Below are positions 51,407 through 60,000 of a DNA stretch of 64,000 bases, piece by piece. The DNA lies in the sequence record OR836606.1; one strand, 5' to 3'. The notes below the pieces were generated by a model. That model made no database searches. It saw nothing but the letters and a program-made list of their open reading frames with translations, and was not told the DNA's origin. A program made the translations under genes and the position numbers. How positions within the stretch are numbered: the stretch's first letter is position 1; each line of letters begins with the position of its first letter.

Positions 51407-52015
51407 TTATTTAAAGTTTTCTTTAGTTAGATATTTTTTAATTTCTTTTTCGTCTTCTAACTCTCTAAAATATGCATGAGGTTCAAATATATCAATACCA
51501 TTTATAAAGATTTTAATATTTCCATTATTTTCTTCTTTAAGCATTTCATCTAGCAAATTAGATAATTTATCTAAATCATTTTCATGTTCATCATAACCTA
51601 TAATATTTTCTTTATGAAAATTTTTCATCATGATTATACTGACACCGAGTGAATTCTTATCAACTTCTAAAAGTTCTTTATCCGCATGTCTACTAATAAA
51701 AGCCCTTAATTGCAAAGTTACTTTATTATCTTTAATTTTTGCATATGAGAATTCTAAGAATTCTACTGGAAGATTCTTTCTAACTTCATTATACATATTG
51801 CTGAAATATATATTTTCACTATCAATTAATTCAAAGAGTAAACTTAGATTATAATAAAGGTCATCATTTAAACTATAGTAATCTAAATTTCTTTCTATTA
51901 ATTTTTTATAATAGAGTTTATTTATCTTATCTTTAATATCACTTTCATCTTTACTAATTATAAAAAGCTCATTAATATCTTTATTATAATAGAATTTATT
52001 TTCTTTTAAAATCAT
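51407..52015 (-). CDS. Paralog family member
   Basis: FYYNKDINELFII...FRELEDEKEIKKYLTKENFK. Confidence 0.8.
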   Translation of the reverse strand: MILKENKFYYNKDINELFIISKDESDIKDKINKLYYKKLIERNLDYYSLNDDLYYNLSLLFELIDSENIYFSNMYNEVRKNLPVEFLEFSYAKIKDNKVTLQLRAFISRHADKELLEVDKNSLGVSIIMMKNFHKENIIGYDEHENDLDKLSNLLDEMLKEENNGNIKIFINGIDIFEPHAYFRELEDEKEIKKYLTKENFK

Positions 52016-52122
52016 ATCTTTTCCACTCCCTTAATTAGATTAATATAGAGATAATGAATTAATATAATTCATTATCTCATTTTTATAATATATATTTACA
52101 TACATTTTTCATCTAAATAAAA

Positions 52123-52153
52123 GAGATAACGGACAATTATAGTCCGTTATCTC
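52123..52153 (-). terminator. Terminator after the rpoC N-part gene
   Basis: GAGATAACGGAC / GTCCGTTATCTC. Confidence 0.75.
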
Positions 52154-52165
52154 ATCTTTTTAAAT

Positions 52166-54712
52166 TTATTCTTTAGTTAAAGAGTATAAAGCTTGTACCA
52201 TATTATTTATGATAATTAGACTATATCTTCTTAGTAATATATTTAGTCGTTGAACAACTTATATTAAGTTGATGCTGATTAATCTAATAAGATACTTCCA
52301 GCAATTAATATTATTTATTGAGAGCATACAAGCATGTTACTCTCATTACCCAAATTACGTACTGAATTACCAGTGTAGTTTAGGTAGTTAGTTTTCTTAT
52401 TAAGAAGTTTATTAGCTTCTTTATTAGCCTCTACAGTCCAGAGAGATCTGATAGAAATCATATCCATTTACGTTATCTATATTAAGATAATATAGATCAG
52501 ACTATATCTTTACTTTAATAAGCATATTATATTTAGTCGTTGAACACTATTTGTAGTGATGCTGATTAAGATAATAATCTTTCCCAGCAATTAATAATAT
52601 TTAAATACGGCAATATAAATTACCGTCAAACGTTTATGTTATCTATAATAAATGATATCATAGACCAGACTATATCATCATCTCAATTGAGATATATTAT
52701 ATTTAGTCGTTGAACAACTTATATGAAGCTGATGCTGATTGCTCTAATAAGAGTTTTCAGCAATTAATAATATTTTCATTCTTAAATCACTTTAAGAAGC
52801 GACTTTTTCAAATCGGCACCTAACGCTATTTAATTTATAATTAAATTTGGACTATATCATAAACCTAAATATTAGGTTCCCTCACACTTCGGGAATTCAT
52901 TTCCCTACTCTACTCACTTCGTTATAGTATTTCAACTATACTTATTCTCTATATAAGAGTTACATTTATTGTTTTCGATAGTCTCTGAACGTTTATCCAT
53001 CATGTGGATACTTCGCTGCTAGACTTTCCCATTATTAAATACCCTTAGCATTTTCAGCATAGGTCATCAAAGAGATTTTTTCTGTCTTTCGACTGCATGT
53101 CACGCTATCCATTACTGGCATACGTTGTAGCTCTCTAAGCATTAGGGTTTACAAGCAATTCATAAGGTATTTTTTATCCTATATTACTATAAGACTGGAG
53201 CGTAAGTTACTCCGGCATAACTGTTGTGTATAATAGCGGTATCTATAAATACATCTTCATCAACAGGATATTCATGAACAACTTTAGGATAATCTTTAAG
53301 TACAATATCGTCTAAAGTAATTTCAGGAATTGTATCAACTGTAGTCAATATTTTAATTTTGGCAGGTGCAACATTCAAGAAATTTTCGCAAACTATATTA
53401 AATTAATACAGATCAGACTATATCATTACCTACTTTTAGGTATATTATATTTAGTCGTTGAACAAGTTTAATTGACTTGATGCTAATTAACCTATTAAAG
53501 TCTTTTAGCAATTAATAATATTTTCATTCTTAAATCACTTTAAGAAGCGACCAGTGTATTAATCGGATATCTTGAATAAACCACATGCTTATCTTCACAT
53601 ATTTCTGTAGCAGCTATATAAAGTAAATCAATTACAGTAAAAGTTCTACCTAAAGTATTTTCAAATAATTTAACTTTATGACGTTTACCTTGTCTATCAT
53701 TTACATATATAGGACTAAATCTTTCATTAGGATCCTTAATAAAGAATTCTAACATATTCTTAATAGCTTTATCATCAAACTGTTCATATACTTCTTCTAA
53801 TGATAATTCATTTTCATCAGTTCCAGTAGCGGTTTGGAAGGCATCTTTGTGGATTTCAATAAAATCGATAATGTATTTGCTAAAGAAAGGTAAGAATAAA
53901 GTAACTAATTGAGTTAATGGTACCCCTAACTGACCAAATTCAATTTGCATTTCATCCCATTTATTTGAATTAATCTTAGGTGAAGAAATAACTGAGCGAG
54001 TACTGTTATCTACCGTCTTACCTAAAATATTTCTTTGCATCATACCAGTTTTACCTGATAGTTCTCCTGAAGTTAATTTAACGTATATTTCAAATAATTT
54101 ATTTTGAATATTATATTTAGTCGTATTAGCTACAAAGTCAAATGAATTAAAACTAATTGAATCTACAGATCTTAAGATGCTTGCATACATATCATTTATT
54201 TCTTCAGTATCTTGAATTTCCCCTGAAGTTTCATTAGGATTAAAGTCACGATAGAAAGCAGGTATTACGAGCCATTTATCTGTGAATATTCTATCTTTAG
54301 GAGTATTTTTAAGCATATCAATTTTTTCATTTCGGATACGAGAATCATTTTTTCTAAATTTAAGATTTTCATAATTATCGTATAAGAAATTTAATCCAGT
54401 TTCACCATTTTCATCTGGAACTAATTGTCCTTTCTCAATTTTAAAGTAATCAGAACCTTGAATACATAGATCTATATTCTTATCTAATTCTCTCATAGCT
54501 TTATAAGCTACAGGATTCAAGTATTTGCCACCTAAATTAATCCAACCTATATTATTCTTTCTTTCATCAGTACCTATTAAACCAAATATTTCATATGAAA
54601 ATAAACCATCTTCTTTAGGTAAAGTTCCTGAATCAAAGAAAATAGGATTAGTAACTTCTTTAGCTCCATAAGCTGTAATAACTTGATCAACATTAACCAT
54701 ATCTATTTTCAT
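52166..54712 (-). CDS. rpoC: RNA polymerase beta-prime N-terminal (catalytic) subunit, probably virion RNAP, spliced from 6 exons, 503 aa
   Basis: Exons 54712-53562, 53388-53210, 52825-52812, 52630-52622, 52464-52339 and 52198-52166 total 1512 nt and are in frame. They yield RYPI|ENFLN, HNSYAG|ALGAD|FDG|DMISIR and NLGNES|VQALYSLTKE. GKTVDNSTRSVIS motif. Confidence 0.88.
52199..52338 (-). ncRNA. In10: mini group I intron, 140 nt (shortest in the window)
   Basis: P1 GAGAGU/GCUCUC; P10 CUUGUAU with 3' exon GUACAAG; core motifs. Confidence 0.92.
52465..52621 (-). ncRNA. In11: mini group I intron, 157 nt
   Basis: P1 ACGGU/GCCGU; junction GGT|GAT. Confidence 0.92.
52631..52811 (-). ncRNA. In12: mini group I intron, 181 nt
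   Basis: P1 CGAU/GUCG with GAAA loop; junction GAT|TTT. Confidence 0.9.
52826..53209 (-). ncRNA. In13: full-size ORF-less group I (IA-type) intron, 384 nt; 5' site probably after GGAG
   Basis: GAAUUGCUUG..UAGCAGC..UUCAGAGACUA..UGAUAUAGUCC with P7 extensions; IGS CUUACG-CUCC; 5' boundary uncertain by 1 nt. Confidence 0.8.
53389..53561 (-). ncRNA. In14: mini group I intron, 173 nt
   Basis: P1 CGAU/GUCG; junction CCG AT|C GAA; P4 GCUA/UAGC; sister of In12. Confidence 0.9.
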
Positions 54713-54761
54713 TTAATACTTCACTTCCAATCTAATTTTATAAAAAAATAAATATATAAAA

Positions 54762-54790
54762 GCCATGTTAAGCTATAAACTTAACATGGC
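54762..54790 (-). terminator. Hairpin terminator
   Basis: GCCATGTTAAG / CTTAACATGGC. Confidence 0.7.
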
Positions 54791-54798
54791 AATAATTA

Positions 54799-55551
54799 TT
54801 AATTAACTAAGCTGTTACTCATATAACTAAAATAATTTAAATCTATTTCTTTTTCTTTAGCTTTCATAATAGTTGCTTCATCTAATTTTTGATTATATCC
54901 TAATGAAGGAATATCAATACCGGTCTGCATAACATTATCACAGTTCATTATAATATCTTTAATATTACTAACCTCGTCTTCATATATTCTAGTAACATAC
55001 CCTAATGTGTTAATTACATCTGATTTCTTTTCATCTGATTCAAGATAATAAATATCAACCTTTTCCATACTTCCCCTAAATAAAGTTTTTAAAAATCTTT
55101 CTTTAGATTTTAAGTTATTGTCAGAAGTCTTAGTTACAATTGACAATTTATTCATTAAAGGAGTATTAATTGTATATGACAAACTTTTAGCTAGATTTGT
55201 TGGCTGTAATGTATCGTATAAATCTTTTTTAAATACAATTTCTTCGTGAAGTTTATTTCTAGCTTCATTAACTTCATCTTCAGAAAATCTTTCATAAACA
55301 TCTTTTCTCACTAACCATTGGTCAATATAATATTCAGGACGATTGAGAACTGTATTGTAATGAGTGCTATAATTATAATCTGGAGATAGTCTGAAAAATT
55401 GATTGTAATAATCAAAATCTTCATGCATTAATTGAACAATTTTAGGTGAAATATTCACTAAAACTTCATCGCAATCAACAACTATATGACCTGTATTCAT
55501 TTCGTTCTCTTTATACATATAATTAAAATTCTCCTTTGTCATAATCTTCAA
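54799..55551 (-). CDS. HAD-superfamily phosphatase, 5'(3')-deoxyribonucleotidase-like
   Basis: Motif I IVVDCDEVL; later KSDVI..IYEDE motifs. Confidence 0.6.
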   Translation of the reverse strand: MKIMTKENFNYMYKENEMNTGHIVVDCDEVLVNISPKIVQLMHEDFDYYNQFFRLSPDYNYSTHYNTVLNRPEYYIDQWLVRKDVYERFSEDEVNEARNKLHEEIVFKKDLYDTLQPTNLAKSLSYTINTPLMNKLSIVTKTSDNNLKSKERFLKTLFRGSMEKVDIYYLESDEKKSDVINTLGYVTRIYEDEVSNIKDIIMNCDNVMQTGIDIPSLGYNQKLDEATIMKAKEKEIDLNYFSYMSNSLVN

Positions 55552-56863
55552 TGAATCTATTTTTTAATTCTTTTATTTTATCTTCATGAAATTTAGTTTG
55601 TCTAATTTTAAAAGGTTTAGTGCTGTCAAGAAAATCTGTTGAATGAATATTTTCTTCATCAACTAAAGTCATATATTTAGGATTAGTTGTATTTAGTGCA
55701 TCATATAAATCAAATTTATTCTTTTTCATAAGATTGTATTTATCTTGAGTCATTAAAACTGAATAATAAATATCCTTTAATTTAACTGATCTTCTGTAAT
55801 TAGAAGGATCTTGTAAACCAGGTGTTTCTTTAGTATTAGTTATAATTCCTTTACCATGATACTCCTTACCAATATAATAAACTAAATAAATGAACCCCAT
55901 ATTATCTTTAACGCTAAATAATCTATATCCATCTTTATTTTCATCAAATACCTCATAAATATTCCAATCATTAATTACTCTACGCTTAGCATAATAGGGT
56001 CTATTTTCTGGTTTTAAATGATATGGTTGTCCTCCAATACTAAGTCGTTTCTCATATTCTTCTTTTTCAAGTTGTTTAATATAAGTTTTACTAAATTTAT
56101 CCAAAACAATTGAATGTTCTTCATCAAAACTTTCATAATTATAATTAAAAGGTAATACAATCCTAAAAGTTTTACTTGTACATCTATATAAAACTTTACT
56201 TAGATTTTTTTCATTTAATTTAATTTGGATTTCATTAGTTTCTTCATTATAATTAATATCTTCATCATTTATAGAATATAGACTTTTAGTAATTACATTA
56301 AATGTAATTGGATTAACGTCTTCAATCATATTAATAATGATTAAATTTCTTTCATAATCTATATATGCTAACATGTTATACATATCTAAGTTAAGTGAAT
56401 CAGGGTCATACTTATCCTTTGTTTTATGAGGATCTCTAGCCCATACCTCTAATTCTCCCGCATTTTTAATTTTTAATTTAGAATTATCTTTTAATGTGAT
56501 ATCTTTAAGAAAATCTTTACCAATATGATTTCTACCAATCTCATTTAATAATATTGCTAGTTGATGTTCAAATAACTTAGGTATATCTTTCTCTAAAGTA
56601 AAGAAATAACAATCATTATTAAAATTATTTTTATTGCTTTTACGATATTCCTTTAATAAATCAACTAACTCTTTATCTTCATTAAATCGAATAATATTAT
56701 CAATAATAAATCTATTTTGATCAAATCTATAGAACCATGTCCCATTATCATCCATTTTTCTTAACTTAGCCGGTATTTTTCTACCATTTTTTCTGTATAA
56801 ATTCAAATTTTTACTAAATACATCTGACTGTTTTGCCATAGCATTAATACACTCCATTTTCAT
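55523..56863 (-). CDS. Hypothetical protein
   Basis: 446-aa ORF (start probably at MAKQ) behind an early-type motif at 56909-56924. Confidence 0.7.
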   Translation of the reverse strand: MKMECINAMAKQSDVFSKNLNLYRKNGRKIPAKLRKMDDNGTWFYRFDQNRFIIDNIIRFNEDKELVDLLKEYRKSNKNNFNNDCYFFTLEKDIPKLFEHQLAILLNEIGRNHIGKDFLKDITLKDNSKLKIKNAGELEVWARDPHKTKDKYDPDSLNLDMYNMLAYIDYERNLIIINMIEDVNPITFNVITKSLYSINDEDINYNEETNEIQIKLNEKNLSKVLYRCTSKTFRIVLPFNYNYESFDEEHSIVLDKFSKTYIKQLEKEEYEKRLSIGGQPYHLKPENRPYYAKRRVINDWNIYEVFDENKDGYRLFSVKDNMGFIYLVYYIGKEYHGKGIITNTKETPGLQDPSNYRRSVKLKDIYYSVLMTQDKYNLMKKNKFDLYDALNTTNPKYMTLVDEENIHSTDFLDSTKPFKIRQTKFHEDKIKELKNRFIEDYDKGEF

Positions 56864-57050
56864 TTATTTAAAAATGTATCTTAAAAAAGATACATTTCTA
56901 TTACAATTTTATAATATATATTTTAACATAAATTAAAAATTTATGCAAGAAATTTTATATGAAAGTTGATAAATTTTTCTAATTATATAAAATCAATTAT
57001 TTTATCTGAATACATACCAATATTTTCCAATATGTATCCAGATAAATTAT

Positions 57051-60000
57051 TTAGAATTTAATCATATTAGATACAAATGAACTATTTGAAGATTCCAATA
57101 CTCTAACACCAATAGATTCAATAATATCTTTACCTGGTTTAATATGATCTTCAATCATACTATCATAGTCAATAAAAGGTCTAAACTCTTCAGGAATTGT
57201 ATTACCTTCAACTGCAATTACATTTAAACCGTTTTTAACTAAACTTTCATTCTTAAATACTTCTCTAAATCTATCTAAAGTATCTTCATCAGTTATCTTA
57301 TTTTTAATATCTCCAAATGTACTAATATTCAATTTAACTGCTAATATCTTAGCAGGTAATGCTATTTCTTTTTCTGGGAACATTATATTCCATGCTAAAG
57401 CAGCTCTATATGCCATTTGAGAATAAGGGTCTTTATATACCTCAGCATTATTAGCTTTAAACGGTTTTAAGAATTCGATTTCTCCATTATCTAATGATTT
57501 CTTAATCATTTCTTCTATATCTTTAAATTTACGTATTATCTTAATACGATCTACACCGGTTTTATTTTCTAAAATATCTTTTTGTAATATTTCAGTAAAT
57601 AGTTCTCTAATACGTTTATTAGTATTAACTTTTCTAATAGCCATACCTTTAACATCTAAATCTGGAGGTTGAATTAAATTACCCTCTTGTTGAATTACTG
57701 ATGATGCATAAGTTTTCTTTTTATCAGTTGTTAATTGTTTATCAAGTAAAACATTTTTATTAGCTTTATTAAATTAATAAAGATTAGACTATATCTTATA
57801 CTTATATTAAGTACATTTATATTTAGTCGTTGAACTTAATTTCTTAAGCTGCTGATTTAATTAATGAACTATTCCAGCAATTAATAAATTTATCTTTCTG
57901 TATATCGCTATACAACGGAGCATTAACTTGATAATACTCATTTTTCATTGATATTAAACCTAAATGTTCTTCCTCTAATCCTACATCTTTACAGAATCTA
58001 TAGTAAGACAATTCTAATAATTTAGTTATTTGATAGTTAATAATAGATATATTACTTACACGTTGTTCTAATTTATCCTCTAAACCATTCTCTGCAATTG
58101 GAAAATCTTCAGGTTTTAAAGATTTAAATTTTTCGTATAACGGATCTAAGTGAACAAAGTTCATTTATGTTAGCTGTATCAAATATAATACAGATCAGAC
58201 TATATCTTCTTTAGAAATATATTTAGTCGTTGAACTTAATTTCTTAAGCTGCTGATTTGATTAATAAATCATTCCAGCAATTAATATTTTTTATTGACAG
58301 CAATTTTTTATCACAACTGTCAGTATCTATAGTTAATACGCTTCTACGTTTCTTGTAATTCATTCTATACATTCTATTATAATCTTGATAATTATATATA
58401 ACCCAATCTTTTAATATTTCAAATAATTCATCTAATAATGGAATCATATCTTCAGGAGGATCATTTGGATCTAAGAAATCTTCTCTGCCAGTCATTTTAC
58501 TAATTTTATTATCAAATATATCGGTATGATCAATTAACCCAAATAAATTATTTTTGAAATATACTTTATTTTTATCTTCTTGACTTAATTTACTAAATAC
58601 TTCTTCTAACTTAAGAAAATCTTCTTCACTATAATCTTCTTCAACATTAGAAACTAAACCTTCTAAAATTTCTTTATCAGTTGGAATTGATTTTATCTTA
58701 ATATCATGATCTTCATATTTTTCACTAATTATTCTTAATATATAATGATATATTTCATCAATCTTCATGAAAAAGATTTTACCGCCAATAAATCTTTCTA
58801 AAGCTATCGCTGAAGTAGTTACAATATCAACTGCTATATAAATTCGTGAATTTAATTTAATTAATTCGAATTTATTCGACTTCGTCATTACTTTTACTTA
58901 CTTTGCACTTTAAGTTTTTCGTTATAAACTACTTCAACATAAAGTGTCAACCAAAGCAGAGGTTAAAGCTCTTAAGTCATCACATTTGGACATTCAAGAG
59001 AATTTAAATCTAGTTAGCCTGCCCAACAAAACGCTTACCGTACATTTTGAGGTTGACAGCAGCGTTATAATCTCTATCCATTTTATTTCCACAATCACAC
59101 TTATACCATCTATCTGATAACTTCATCTTATTTTCTTTAGTTAAGACTTGACCACAATTAGAACATAATTGAGTTGATGGGAACCATCTATCTGCTACAA
59201 TAATAGTATTACCATTGCTTTCAGCTTTTTGTTTTAATAAAGTTCTGAATTGTCTCCAATTCATTGCAGAAATAGATTTAGACAAATTTCTATTTTTAAT
59301 CATATTTGAAACTTTAAGATCTTCAATTGTAATATACTGATAATTTTTAATTAAGTTAGTAGTTATTTTATGAAGATAATCTTTTTTAATGTTATTAATT
59401 CTCATCCATATTTTTTGTATTTTGGTTTTCAATACATTGTATTTGTTAGAACCATAAACTTTACGAGATAATCTTTTTTGATAGTACTTAATCTTATTGT
59501 ATAGTGGAATCAATTTATCATTTAATGAATGATATTTCTTAAATTTACCGAAATCATCATTAATGATAGCTAAATCTTTTACACCTAAATCAATACCAAC
59601 ATGGCTATTGTTATGAATTAAGCTCTTATTATTATCAACTTTCATTACTATTGAAGCGAAATATTTTCCAGCATATTTAGATATAGTAACTTCTTGAATG
59701 GAATTATAATTAAACGGGATAGATTCTTTCATTTTAATTAATGAATTAATTCCTTGAAGTTTTAATTTATTATTTTTATCGCCTTTAATTTGTAATGAAT
59801 AATTATTCTTCTTATAGAACCTTGTACTTAATTTAGAATGTTTTTTAGATTTAAATCTCGGATACTTACCGTAACCTTTCCACATCATATTAAAAGCTTT
59901 ACCTAAATCTTCAGTTGCTGTGTCCATAACTTGAGATATTTGATCTTTTTCCCAATCTTCTTTACATTTTTTAAGTTCATCACGAACTTTCCTATGTGTT

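Noticed and set aside
52166-54712. Inteins in the RNAP or polymerase genes
   Set aside because: The inserts contain stop codons and lack C/S...HN intein ends
58244-58888. Track ORF starts and ends lying inside introns (e.g. MTKSNKFEL.., ..CDKKLLSIKNINCW.., ..GIINAFHYSNIMY..)
   Set aside because: These segments are translated intron sequence, not real termini
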